Part shown: piece by piece, positions 19,867 to 29,124 of the stretch
Layout of the letters: each line of letters starts with the position of its first letter
Position numbering within the stretch: the stretch's first letter is position 1
Assembly (NCBI GenBank): GCA_963714955.1
Contig: CAVQQJ010000007.1
Coordinates: 37,917-101,916, forward strand
From: an uncultured Bacteroidota bacterium
Lineage (GTDB): Bacteria > Bacteroidota > Ignavibacteria > Kryptoniales > JAKASW01
DNA length: 64,000 nucleotides
Direction of reading: 5' to 3'
The notes under the pieces: model-generated
The model's database searches: none
Told to the model about the DNA's origin: nothing
The model's input: only the letters and a program-made list of their open reading frames with translations
Position numbers and translations under genes: made by a program

Positions 19867-20321
19867 TCGCATCAAGCGATAATCTGTTGATAATCGATTC
19901 CGAAAGGGCTGCACATATTGTGCACAGCTCGATGGAATTGTTTTTGTCTCGGATTGATTTGATCAAAAGGGGGAATGGGCTCCCCAATGGCATATGTGAA
20001 ATTAATACTTTGGCAAGAATCTGTCAAGCAAAAAATGGACGGTAGATGAGCCTCAACCCCGAGACTCCTCATGTAACGATCCATCGGGGACGACGGGGAT
20101 CCATCGATGCTGGTGGAAAGGTGTGATTTCTAAATTTTTATTCTGGATTTTTAGATGGGATCTATAGGCGACTTCGCCATTTGCTAATCTCTCTATAAAG
20201 ATAGTAGCAAAGGCAAACCTGCCATCAGGCGAAATTGTTGGCAAAGGGAGTTTGCCGCCAACGCATCTTTTTAGGTAGTATTAATCAAATTGTTGTGTGA
20301 CAAATTCGATAGGGAGAAATG

Positions 20322-20354
20322 AAAAACGCCGACTTATTTAGGGTCGGCGTTTTC
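20322..20354. terminator. Bidirectional rho-independent terminator
   Basis: AAAAACGCCGAC, a 9-nt loop, then GTCGGCGTTTT. Confidence 0.75.
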
Positions 20355-20374
20355 ATTTATTCATCATTACTGTC

Positions 20375-21097
20375 TTAGGATATTTTCCTCAAATATATCA
20401 GACTTGCTACTATGTCATTCATTTCATCATCAGATATGTGATATAAATTGTCGTTGCTGAGAAAGAGATGTTTGCCGTTTGGTTTATATTCAAAATTCCA
20501 ATAGTATGATGCATGTTTATCCCCCGATTGCGTTGTTGCAAATGCGACAACATGGTAATTTGTGTTCTTTAATTCCACCTTGAACTTGCCATCAGCGTCT
20601 GTCTTGTCGTGAATGATGTCGTCTTTGAGACTGTCCAGATACATCTGAATTGCAACAGCCTCAGCCCGATAATCTGTTGTGAAGGTGTGGTAGTTGTCGA
20701 CTGTTTTCTGATATTCGTCTGCTTTCTCTTTACACTCCTGAGCCTTTCTAGACGCTTGTTCGGCCTCCATGGCGTCGCCTTTTTTCTTAAATGTCGCGCT
20801 TAAATCCATATAAGAATTGTAAAAACGCGTATAGGTGTCAATGCACTTCAGATTTTCAGTTCTGGAAAAAGCGTCCGCGGCGTTCAAATTCAAAATAAGC
20901 TGTTTGTATAAAAGAGTGTTGGTATCAGATGCGGCCTTGAATTGCTCATCTGTCAGGAATGAGACCGTGACTAATCCAAGTTTTACATTACCTGCGTCTT
21001 TTGTAACCACAAAGGCTTCTACATTCACTTCAGGTTTACCGCATCCTGCCAAGAGCAAAGCCAATAATAATAAAATGACTGTCATTCTATTCTTCAT
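20375..21097 (-). CDS. Hypothetical lipoprotein
   Basis: 240 aa. Lipobox LLLAGC. No recognisable domain. Confidence 0.65.
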   Translation of the reverse strand: MKNRMTVILLLLALLLAGCGKPEVNVEAFVVTKDAGNVKLGLVTVSFLTDEQFKAASDTNTLLYKQLILNLNAADAFSRTENLKCIDTYTRFYNSYMDLSATFKKKGDAMEAEQASRKAQECKEKADEYQKTVDNYHTFTTDYRAEAVAIQMYLDSLKDDIIHDKTDADGKFKVELKNTNYHVVAFATTQSGDKHASYYWNFEYKPNGKHLFLSNDNLYHISDDEMNDIVASLIYLRKIS

Positions 21098-21177
21098 TCG
21101 TTTATTCCACCCGGTGAGTTATGAATGTTTTTAGATTATTGTGGCACACGATACTATTTGGTTGATTTTGAGAGTAT

Positions 21178-21630
21178 TTACTGATTCAATGTTATAGATG
21201 CAATACCTGCCATATCACCTCTGAAATCTTTTAGCCAAAGATAGCCCTGTAAGGATGAATCTGCAATTTGAGCCTCATAAAACAGAGGATTTGAAGACTC
21301 AGGAGGATATAAATAATCGAATAAAGAATCGTTTTGAATTATTCCTATGTGCGTAAATGAGGTAAATTGTAAATGTTCATTTGCATGTTCTAAACTGTCT
21401 CCAATCACGCCATAACCTTTAACAGTATCATTTGATTGATATGTTATGTAGAACACTATTGGTTGACTAATTGCATGGGGTGGTAACGGAAAACTTCCAG
21501 ACCACGTGCCCATTAGGTTTGGAATAGGGACTCTTGGTTGTAATGGTTCAACTATTGAATTCTTTTTTTTACTGCATCCTGTCAAAAATAATACTGACAG
21601 GACAAAAATTATTATCAGTTTGTATCTCAT
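21178..21630 (-). CDS. Hypothetical lipoprotein
   Basis: 150 aa. Lipobox LFLTGC. Confidence 0.65.
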   Translation of the reverse strand: MRYKLIIIFVLSVLFLTGCSKKKNSIVEPLQPRVPIPNLMGTWSGSFPLPPHAISQPIVFYITYQSNDTVKGYGVIGDSLEHANEHLQFTSFTHIGIIQNDSLFDYLYPPESSNPLFYEAQIADSSLQGYLWLKDFRGDMAGIASITLNQ

Positions 21631-21695
21631 ATGTCTGCCTATGATGGGCGTGACAGACCAAGGCTGCGTAATATTAATACAACATTTTTCCTCCT

Positions 21696-21834
21696 GTTAC
21701 AACAGCGCGCATGAACACCGCCGCGAATGACGACGAATGTAGTTGGGTGAGTGGGGAGCATGCGAATTTCTTTTCTCTTGTTGAAGATCCCGCTGCTATT
21801 AACGGGGACTATTTCCTTTTTAAAGTGTTAGGGC
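21696..21834 (-). repeat. attC-like intergenic repeat (long copy)
   Basis: Plus strand begins GTTACAAC...GCCGCGAATG and ends GGGGACTATTTCCTTTTTAAAGTGTTAGGGC. It lies between the GNAT stop and the start of the next gene. Confidence 0.5.
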
Positions 21835-21851
21835 AGCAGCAACACGGTGAA

Positions 21852-22376
21852 CTAGATTTCCAGCGCCATTACAAGGTCGTTATACTCGTGATGTCCTACT
21901 TTGAATTTTCTTTCGCCAACTATCTTGTAACCCAATTTTTGATAGAACGCAATTGCGCTTGTATTTCGAGAATGCACGCCCAGGAGCAATCGTCGGGAAT
22001 TGTGATGCTTCGCGTGATCCAGTGCTTCCTGCATTAATCGTTTTCCAATTCCAGTCCCTTGAAATGGAGATAATAGGTAAATGCGCTTGATTTCGAGATC
22101 GTCGGCTTGTGGGTCGGCAATCGGCAGGTTTGGAGGAGCAACTACTAAATACCCGATTGGTGCATTACCGGGTTGGATTTCTGCGAGCCAGAGGCCAAAA
22201 GTGCTTTGTTTGAGCCAGCTAAGATACACAGAAGTAGAATGTTGATTCGCGCAATGTGCAAGAATATCATTTCCGTCAAGCATCCCAGCAAAGGATTCGA
22301 GAAAAGTGGCTTGCCCGAGGAGCGAGAGGGTGGTTTCATCACCGATTGCACACTGTCGAATCGAAATCTTTTCCAA
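21852..22376 (-). CDS. GNAT-family N-acetyltransferase
   Basis: 174 aa. Acetyl-CoA motif FQGTGIGKRLM. AFYQKLGY. Confidence 0.88.
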   Translation of the reverse strand: MEKISIRQCAIGDETTLSLLGQATFLESFAGMLDGNDILAHCANQHSTSVYLSWLKQSTFGLWLAEIQPGNAPIGYLVVAPPNLPIADPQADDLEIKRIYLLSPFQGTGIGKRLMQEALDHAKHHNSRRLLLGVHSRNTSAIAFYQKLGYKIVGERKFKVGHHEYNDLVMALEI

Positions 22377-22402
22377 TCTATCGAGAATTCCTTTCTGCGG
22401 TT

Positions 22403-22472
22403 GCCTTACAAACCTCCGCCCGCTGCGGCGACGTGCGGAGAATGATGGGTAATCCGCAACGTAGACTTTTTA
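22403..22472 (-). repeat. attC-like intergenic repeat
   Basis: GCCTTACAAACCTCCGCCCGCTGCGGCGACGTGCGGAG...TTTTAGC. It overlaps the stop codon of the upstream T9SS gene. Confidence 0.5.
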
Positions 22473-24749
22473 TTTTAGCAACAACAGTTTCTTCGTGGCC
22501 ACAAAATTCCCCGCTTCGATCCTGTAGAAATATACCCCGCTCGCTTGCCTCGACCCATCGAAGGTGACCTGATACAAGCCCGGTTGTTTCTGTTCGTTCA
22601 CCAATGTCTTCACTTCTCTTCCAAGCACGTCGTAAACCTTCAATGTGACGAAACCGTTTACCGGCAACTGATAGCTGATGAGAGATGAAGGATTAAACGG
22701 ATTTGGATAGTTCTGTTCAAGAGCAAAATGAATCGGAATCTCTTCTGGGTTATCCTTAACGCCGGCGACCATGTCAGATATGGCGCGGCGCCACACTCCG
22801 CATGCAGAGCTTCCCCCCGCAAAACCCCCGCTTGTAGAGCTACCGCTGGTAGAGCTTCCGGTTGCAGAACCGACAAAGACAAATGTTCCTTTGGGGTCGA
22901 CGGCAACAGAAGAGATCAAGAGATTAGCCAATCCTTCATTGGCCGCTTTCCAGCTGGAACCGTTGTTCGTGGATAGATACACGCCGCCAAGTCCAATGCC
23001 AGCAAAGATAGTCGATCCATCTGGAGTGACGGCGAGAGAATTGACCCACGGAGTTGGTAATCCATTGTTTATTGCCTTCCAACTTGTACCGTTGTTCGTG
23101 GAGAGAAAGACTCCGCCGCCATTAGTGCCAGCGAAGAGTCTCGTCCCATCGGGGCTGATCGCAAGAGAATAAACATAATCATTCGTTAATCCAGAGTCGA
23201 CAACTGTCCAACTTGTACCGTTGTTCGTGGAGAGAAAAACTCCGCCTCCATTAGTGCCAGCGAAAAGTCTTGTCCCATCGGGGCTGATCGCAAGAGAGTA
23301 GACGGAGTCGTTTGTTAGTCCAGAGTCGACCGCCGTCCAGTTTGAACCGTTGTCGGTGGAAAGAAAGACGCCGTTGTGGGTAGTGCCGGCAAATATGTTC
23401 TTCCCGTTGGGACTCATTGCAAGAATTCTGGCCTGATCATTTGTTAACCCATTGCTGACTGATACCCAGCTTGAACCGTTGTCCGTGGATTGATACACGC
23501 CGCTATAGTAGGTACCAGCAAAGATGTTTGACCCATTCGGGCTAATCACAAGAGACCCGATGCCATTTTCCCCCATTCCGTTGTTGATCGCCGTCCAGCT
23601 TGAACCATTGTCGGTAGAAAGAAAAGCTCCGTAAGAGTCACTGCCCGCAAGGATATTCGTATCGCCGGGAGTGAATGCAAAAGATAAAATAAAGACGTTC
23701 GTTATTCCGTTATTCTCAGCTGTCCAACTTGAGCCGCCGTTCGTAGAAAGAAAGACTCCATCGGAATGAGTGCCGACGAAAATGTTCATCCCGTTGGGGC
23801 TCAGCGCGATGGTCCACACGCCCCCCAATTCAGAGCCTATTGTCCGCCAGCTCGAACCGTTATCGGTTGAAAGGAAAACGTCATCACCACCACCCCAACA
23901 ACCGGCGTAGATATTCGCACCATCTTGGCTAATTGCAAAAGAAGAGATGTTGGTGTTCGTTAATCCGCTGTCGACGGCTGTCCAGCTAGAACCATCGTTA
24001 GTAGAGCGAAAAAGTCCTGCGCCCCACGGGCCTGTTGAGATAATCGGCCCGCTGTTAGGGCTGACTGCGGCAAAGATGCTCCCATTCTTTGTGCTTATTG
24101 CAAGAGAATAGACGTTCATGTTTGTTAATCCGCTGTTAACCGCCATCCAGGTTGAACCATTGTCCGTCGAAAGAAAAATTCCGCCACCTAAAGTGCCTGC
24201 GAATATCTTCGATCCATCAGGACTGACAACAAGAGACCAAATATTAGTGTTGGTTAGTCCACTGTCTACTGCCGTCCAGCTTGAACCGTCATTCGTTGAC
24301 AGAAAAACTCCGCTACCAGTTCCCGCGAAGATTTTCGTCCCATCAGGATTTATTGCAAGGGAGTTGACGCCAGTGTTAGGTAAACCATTGCTGACCGCTA
24401 CCCAGCCTGAACCGTTGTCTGTTGAAAGAAAGACTCCACTGATCCAGCTTTGACAGCCTGCAAAGATATTTTTTCCATCAGGGCTAATTGCAAAAGAAGA
24501 AATGCCTGCGTTTGTTAATCCAGAGTATGTCCAGCTTGAACCGTTGTCAATGGAATGAAACACTCCGCCGCCCCATGTTCCTGCAAAGATATTAGTTCCG
24601 TCCGGGGTGATTGCAAGGGCATGAACGCTACCACCATACGGTCCATTACTTTGCACCCATTGAGCGATCGATGAATGTGCATCGGTGAATATTACAAACA
24701 CCACTAATATGAATCGGAAGATGTTTTTCATTTCCTTATCCTTTTGCAA
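22470..24749 (-). CDS. Secreted Asp-box/BNR-repeat beta-propeller protein with a T9SS C-terminal sorting domain
   Basis: 759 aa. Signal peptide. At least 12 tandem units of about 43-47 aa (GGVFLSTDNGSSWTAV-SGLTN). C-terminal domain NYPNPFNP...VYDVLGREV...SGVYFYRIEAGNFVATKKLLLLK. Confidence 0.85.
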   Translation of the reverse strand: MQKDKEMKNIFRFILVVFVIFTDAHSSIAQWVQSNGPYGGSVHALAITPDGTNIFAGTWGGGVFHSIDNGSSWTYSGLTNAGISSFAISPDGKNIFAGCQSWISGVFLSTDNGSGWVAVSNGLPNTGVNSLAINPDGTKIFAGTGSGVFLSTNDGSSWTAVDSGLTNTNIWSLVVSPDGSKIFAGTLGGGIFLSTDNGSTWMAVNSGLTNMNVYSLAISTKNGSIFAAVSPNSGPIISTGPWGAGLFRSTNDGSSWTAVDSGLTNTNISSFAISQDGANIYAGCWGGGDDVFLSTDNGSSWRTIGSELGGVWTIALSPNGMNIFVGTHSDGVFLSTNGGSSWTAENNGITNVFILSFAFTPGDTNILAGSDSYGAFLSTDNGSSWTAINNGMGENGIGSLVISPNGSNIFAGTYYSGVYQSTDNGSSWVSVSNGLTNDQARILAMSPNGKNIFAGTTHNGVFLSTDNGSNWTAVDSGLTNDSVYSLAISPDGTRLFAGTNGGGVFLSTNNGTSWTVVDSGLTNDYVYSLAISPDGTRLFAGTNGGGVFLSTNNGTSWKAINNGLPTPWVNSLAVTPDGSTIFAGIGLGGVYLSTNNGSSWKAANEGLANLLISSVAVDPKGTFVFVGSATGSSTSGSSTSGGFAGGSSACGVWRRAISDMVAGVKDNPEEIPIHFALEQNYPNPFNPSSLISYQLPVNGFVTLKVYDVLGREVKTLVNEQKQPGLYQVTFDGSRQASGVYFYRIEAGNFVATKKLLLLK
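23079..23336 (-). repeat. Near-identical 129-bp (43-aa) tandem duplication inside the T9SS gene
   Basis: 23079-23207 and 23208-23336 differ at only a few positions. They encode DSGLTNDSVYSLAISPDGTRLFAGTNGGGVFLSTNNGTSWTVV and DSGLTNDYVYSLAISPDGTRLFAGTNGGGVFLSTNNGTSWKAI. Confidence 0.9.
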
Positions 24750-24805
24750 AGTGTGACGGCCAATTGCAGCTAACTACTGCAATGGCACCATAAGTAATTC
24801 GTGTG

Positions 24806-24886
24806 TTCTAACGAACCCTCGCCGCTGCGGCGACGCGCGTCAGTTGTTCTTTAGCGGGGACTATTTCCTTTTTAGAATGGTTTGCC
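24806..24886 (-). repeat. attC-like intergenic repeat (complete three-block copy)
   Basis: TTCTAACGAACCCTCGCCGCTGCGGCGACGCGCG...TTTAGCGGGGACTATTTCCTTTTTAGAATGGTTTGCC. Confidence 0.55.
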
Positions 24887-24938
24887 CGCGCGTGGTGGAA
24901 TACTCATTTGACAAGCGATAAAGATATTACTTGGGCTG

Positions 24939-25718
24939 TTAGCCTTTTGTTTGTGCTGCTATTCGGTTCTTCCTGTGCTTTTTCCTGTTCCAGATAAATT
25001 TTATCGAAACTGCTCTTCGATAACAACTTTCGATGCACTTACCGCAAAGAAGACACTCTGAGTTCGTTACGAGCCCGTCATTCTTGGCGACATATTGTGT
25101 TATGGGGATCTTCACCAAGCAGTCCCTGTCGCATTTGCCACAAAAGTTGCATTTATCCGTATCAACCACTGGTATCAATCTTGAATACGTTGTTCCTGCT
25201 GCGCAGAGACTGCCCATCATACATAGATTTCGACACATCCATCGCCTCTCCAAAAACAAACCAAAGAGAATAGCTCCGCTGCAATCGTAGAGCCAGACTT
25301 GTTTGTAATGGTTGTCGAAATTCATGTCGAAGAACCCAAGATCAAACTGTAGATGTGTTATCCTCCCTGATTTCAGATTGAAGAACAAAAATGCGAAAGC
25401 AGTGATAAAGAAGGCATTTACCACCACAATCCGATTCATTTTCAGCCACCATCCTGGCTTGCGCCACGGAATTTTAAACAGAGACTGCTGGCCCGAGAAA
25501 TCCTGAAGCGTACCAAAGAAACAGAGCCAACCACATCCGACTCTCCCAATGAGGGGTGTGAGCACTATCAGACTTCCCCAGAGAACAACAACCGATGTAA
25601 CCACTCCCCAGTAAATCGAATGCCAAATGAAAGCAAAGTTTAACGCTCTAAAAAATATGGGTGTCAGAATTAAAAAGACTGTTCTGGCTAGCAAATTATA
25701 AGTGAACAACTTCTTCAT
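24939..25718 (-). CDS. Membrane-bound 4Fe-4S ferredoxin-type protein (NapH/MauN-like)
   Basis: 259 aa. TM helices, CGWLCFFG, and two CxxCxxCxxxC motifs (CNFCGKCDRDC, CLLCGKCIESC). Confidence 0.8.
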   Translation of the reverse strand: MKKLFTYNLLARTVFLILTPIFFRALNFAFIWHSIYWGVVTSVVVLWGSLIVLTPLIGRVGCGWLCFFGTLQDFSGQQSLFKIPWRKPGWWLKMNRIVVVNAFFITAFAFLFFNLKSGRITHLQFDLGFFDMNFDNHYKQVWLYDCSGAILFGLFLERRWMCRNLCMMGSLCAAGTTYSRLIPVVDTDKCNFCGKCDRDCLVKIPITQYVAKNDGLVTNSECLLCGKCIESCYRRAVSIKFIWNRKKHRKNRIAAQTKG

Positions 25719-25756
25719 CTTCTCATTCCATTGACGGCTGGTTTAAAATACGGCAA

Positions 25757-25840
25757 CGCCAACGACGGCGAACGGACCGTCGCTCCTGTCAAGAGCAGCT
25801 GGACAGGTAAGCTGCGGCGACGTGCAACACTGCTTGACTA
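25757..25840 (-). repeat. attC-like intergenic repeat (divergent copy)
   Basis: CCAACGACGGCGAACGGACC...GCTGCGGCGACGTGC...GACTATTTC. It abuts the stop codon of the T9SS gene. Confidence 0.4.
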
Positions 25841-27397
25841 TTTCAATAACAACAATTTCTTCGTCTCGGCGAATGTGCCAGCCTGTAATCGATAGAAGTA
25901 AACACCGCTTGCAATATTTGCCGCATTCCACTGTCGAGCGTAACTTCCCCCCTGCATTTCTCCGGAGACAAGCGTTGAAACTTCTCTCCCCAACAAATCG
26001 AAGACTTTCAACGATACAAATGACCGGGATGGAAGAGCAAACGAGATTGTTGTCGTCGGATTAAATGGGTTTGGATAGTTCTGTGAAAGGGCAAACTCTT
26101 TGGGAATTCCGCTGGGCTCATTGACGGCGTCGATTTCATCGCCAGTCGCGAAAATCTCAACGGATGAATAATTGCTTGTCCCGGCAGTATTCGCGGCACT
26201 CACATGCCAGAAGTATATTGTCCCAGCCGCAAATGGATTGGATGATTTCGCAACCGTATCTACCAACGTCGTGTCGAAAACAATGTTTCCATTAACGAAT
26301 CCACCAATTGAATCAAGCGCGTTATTAGATGCAACTTGAAGATGATATGTTGTCGCACCTGGTGACGGATTCCACTTGAAAGTTGTCCTCCTGGGCACCT
26401 CAGTCGTCCCAAGCGGTGACGCAAGCAGCGGTGTCGGTGGTCGTTCCATTGGTGTATGCACAATGACTCCATCGTGCCCGACAGCCCAGCCTTCTGAATC
26501 ATTAATGAAGTAAATATCTTCGAAGTAGATTCCGGGATGCGCATTAACGACCTGGCTTGTCCATGTGTCCCCACGGTTGGTCGATTTCAAAATAGCGTCG
26601 TTAGGTCCGCCGGCAACATACGCGACGGAGTCCCCCTGAAGAAAAAGCTTGAAGAATACGGCATCCGGGGTTGATTCTATGATCTTCCAATGTGTCCCGC
26701 CGTCAATTGATTTCATTATTAATCCGTTACTTCCGACGCAGAGACCGACCAGGGAATCGAAAAACATGATGTCGGCAAGCCCGGCATGCGTGTAGCTTGA
26801 ATCCTGATTCCACGAAAGGCCCCCGTTCATTGTCGAGAGGATCAGGCCGGAATCGCCGGTAGCCCAACCGAGGCTTGCATTGAGAAAGAAGATACGAACC
26901 AATCTCCCTGAAAATCCGATATACTGTGGATACCAATTCTCGCTCTTCTGGCTCGACGCATCAATGACGGAGAGAGCTGTGTAGCTGCGCCCGCCAGCCA
27001 TCCAGCATAGCGTCTGCTTATTAGATACCATGCCAAAAATTCCATAATAATCCGCCATGTACGGTGAATTATCAATGTTTTGTTGCCAGGATACGCCGCC
27101 ATCTGTTGTTGACAAGATGACATTGTAATCTCCGACGATCCAGCCGTTGAGGCTGTCCAAAAAGAAGACCTTGTTGAGGTTTGATGAATACTGGTTCGAC
27201 ACCTCGTTCCATGAAGCACCGCCGTCAGTGGTGCTAAGGAAAGCCCCATTTTGTCCGACTATCCAGCCATTCATTAGCGAGGTGAATCGAACTCCAAAAA
27301 GATTTGAAGTCACGTTGGATGCTTGTTGTGTCCATTGGGCTGATACATTTGAAATCACACAAGTAAAAAACGCAAGAAGCAATAGAATCTTTCTCAT
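25838..27397 (-). CDS. Secreted Ycf48/BNR-like beta-propeller protein with a T9SS C-terminal sorting domain
   Basis: 519 aa. Signal peptide. TTDGG-SW repeats. C-terminal domain NYPNPFNPTTTISF...SGVYFYRLQAGTFAETKKLLLLK. Confidence 0.85.
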   Translation of the reverse strand: MRKILLLLAFFTCVISNVSAQWTQQASNVTSNLFGVRFTSLMNGWIVGQNGAFLSTTDGGASWNEVSNQYSSNLNKVFFLDSLNGWIVGDYNVILSTTDGGVSWQQNIDNSPYMADYYGIFGMVSNKQTLCWMAGGRSYTALSVIDASSQKSENWYPQYIGFSGRLVRIFFLNASLGWATGDSGLILSTMNGGLSWNQDSSYTHAGLADIMFFDSLVGLCVGSNGLIMKSIDGGTHWKIIESTPDAVFFKLFLQGDSVAYVAGGPNDAILKSTNRGDTWTSQVVNAHPGIYFEDIYFINDSEGWAVGHDGVIVHTPMERPPTPLLASPLGTTEVPRRTTFKWNPSPGATTYHLQVASNNALDSIGGFVNGNIVFDTTLVDTVAKSSNPFAAGTIYFWHVSAANTAGTSNYSSVEIFATGDEIDAVNEPSGIPKEFALSQNYPNPFNPTTTISFALPSRSFVSLKVFDLLGREVSTLVSGEMQGGSYARQWNAANIASGVYFYRLQAGTFAETKKLLLLK

Positions 27398-27482
27398 GGT
27401 ATTCTCCTTTTCACTTGGTCATGGTTGTTGTCAAATTGCGACGGCAACCAACCTGCGTAATCATGTATGCTTTATTCACACC

Positions 27483-27564
27483 GCCTAACGAACCCTCGCA
27501 CGCTGCGGCGACATGCTTCCACCTGTTTTTTAGCGCGGACTCTTTCCTTTCAAAATGGTTAGGC
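27483..27564 (-). repeat. attC-like intergenic repeat, the best-formed copy (82 bp, GCCTAAC ... GTTAGGC)
   Basis: GCCTAACGAACCCTCGCACGCTGCGGCGACATGC...TTTAGCGCGGACTCTTTCCTTTCAAAATGGTTAGGC. The terminal 10 bp are complementary (ACCGCCTAAC / GTTAGGCGGT). The stop codon of ORF 27559-27903 lies inside the GCCTAA core. Confidence 0.6.
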
Positions 27565-27903
27565 GGTTGCTCCGTGACACACTTTCTTTTCTTCAAGGAT
27601 GTGTCGTACGGTTTCAGTATTCTCCGTGGTAAATCCTATCTTGACTTTTTTGCCTACAAGTGACATCAAAAATATTTCGTCTCTTTTCGGCCTCAGAATG
27701 TCAAGGGGATACCAAGTTGTCAGATCTCTTGTACCCCAAATTCTCCATTTTCCTGTAGACGGTGACGTATGCTCGACAGCGACTGAATTGATCTTATCAA
27801 AAGGGACTCGCTTTGAAGTTCCAGGAAAATAGTAATTTTTGAAGACAATAGAATCCGACGTGATCACAATGAGCCTGTCTTTATAGATGACATTTTCGTG
27901 CAT
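27559..27903 (-). CDS. Hypothetical protein (114 aa), candidate cassette ORF
   Basis: Compact ORF flanked by the perfect 13-bp inverted repeat GTTAGGCGGTTGC (27558-27570) / GCAACCGCCTAAC (27935-27947). Confidence 0.6.
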   Translation of the reverse strand: MHENVIYKDRLIVITSDSIVFKNYYFPGTSKRVPFDKINSVAVEHTSPSTGKWRIWGTRDLTTWYPLDILRPKRDEIFLMSLVGKKVKIGFTTENTETVRHILEEKKVCHGATA

Positions 27904-27934
27904 GGTGAGTGTCTCCTTTTGAATGTAGAGTGTT

Positions 27935-27990
27935 GCAACCGCCTAACAACCTCCGCATGTTGCGGCGAAGAATGAACACGTTTTGCACAA
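27935..27990 (-). repeat. attC-like intergenic repeat (core plus GC hairpin block)
   Basis: GCAACCGCCTAACAACCTCCGCATGTTGCGGCGAAGAATG. Confidence 0.5.
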
Positions 27991-28032
27991 ATACAGGATT
28001 ATTTATTGGAAACGGCACCAGGCAGCTGACAA

Positions 28033-29007
28033 TCATTCGCTCAGTGGCCGCCTCCAAATACCTTTGCCGGTAAAAACAGAATTTGTGCCGGTTCCGGCGA
28101 AGAGAGTAGAACCGGAGACAGCAAATGCAGTAACTACGGTGTTTGCGGGCAATCCCGAATTAATGGCAGTCCAGCTCGTGCCGTTGTTCGTTGAAAGAAG
28201 AACGCCGCCGCCCAGAGTTCCGACAAAGAGATCATCCCCAGAGACCGCAAAAGAAGTGACAAATACATCGGTTAATCCTGAATCAACTGCACTCCAGGTT
28301 GTGCCACTGTTTGTTGAAAGAAAAACCCCGCCCCCCAAAGTTCCAGCGAAAAGGTTGCTCCCGGCGACTGCAAAAGATGTGACAAATGCATTGGTCAATC
28401 CTGAATCAGTTGCATTCCAACTTGTCCCATTATTGGTGGAAAGAAAAATACCGTAGCCGGCAGTTCCGGCAAAGACTTTCATACCGGAAACGGCAAATGC
28501 ATCAACATAATTGCCCGTTAACATTGAATTTATGATACTCCAGCTTGTGCCGTTGTTACTTGAAAGGTAAACACCATAATAAGCTGCCCCAACAATTATA
28601 TTTGACCCTGACATGGTGAGTGCTTGATCGTTGGTGGCTGTCATGCCGGTATTGATTGAAGTCCAGCTTGCACCGCTGTTCGTGGAAAGGAAGACCCCGT
28701 GGCCATAGGTCCCTGCAAAGATATTCGTATCAGAGACAACAACAGACAAAACGGTAATATTCGTCAAACCAGCATTGTTCCAGCGTGTGCCGTTGTCGGT
28801 GGAGAGGAAAATTCCGCCGTCAGTACCTGCAAAGATATTCGAACCTGAAACAGCAAGAGCATTCACTCCAGTGCTCGTCAAACCGTCATTAACTTGAGTC
28901 CAGACTGTGGATGAGTTTGCCGCAACGGGATTTTCAGTTTTATGGCTGCAACCAATGCAGGAAATAACAGATAAAAATAATGCGACTATGAATATCAGTT
29001 CTTTCAT
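28033..29007 (-). CDS. Asp-box/BNR-repeat lipoprotein, a paralogue of the T9SS proteins that lacks the sorting domain
   Basis: 324 aa. Lipobox VISCIGC. Repeats GIFLSTNNGTSW. It ends at GIWRRPLSE, the point where the paralogues continue into the C-terminal sorting domain. Confidence 0.8.
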   Translation of the reverse strand: MKELIFIVALFLSVISCIGCSHKTENPVAANSSTVWTQVNDGLTSTGVNALAVSGSNIFAGTDGGIFLSTDNGTRWNNAGLTNITVLSVVVSDTNIFAGTYGHGVFLSTNSGASWTSINTGMTATNDQALTMSGSNIIVGAAYYGVYLSSNNGTSWSIINSMLTGNYVDAFAVSGMKVFAGTAGYGIFLSTNNGTSWNATDSGLTNAFVTSFAVAGSNLFAGTLGGGVFLSTNSGTTWSAVDSGLTDVFVTSFAVSGDDLFVGTLGGGVLLSTNNGTSWTAINSGLPANTVVTAFAVSGSTLFAGTGTNSVFTGKGIWRRPLSE

Positions 29008-29017
29008 TTTTTTCCTC

Positions 29018-29124
29018 TCTAACAGTTAAACCTCTGCTGCGGAAGGGACCTGAGTTGTCTACGACCTGTAGAGCGGCAGCATGCGACTTGTTGATCCGCA
29101 GTAAATAAATCTACAGGTTTTTCT
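29018..29124 (-). repeat. attC-like intergenic repeat (divergent copy)
   Basis: CTAACAGTTAAACCTCTGCTGCGGAAGG...AGCGGCAGCATGCGAC. Contains 7-8 bp internal stems (CCTGTAGA/TCTACAGG, CTGCGGA/TCCGCAG). Confidence 0.4.

Noticed and set aside
19872-20244. Two short minus-strand ORFs. One contains SPDGRFAFATI, which is reminiscent of a PD40/TolB-type repeat.
   Set aside because: They are too short and fragmentary. They are probably a gene remnant, but no confident product can be assigned.
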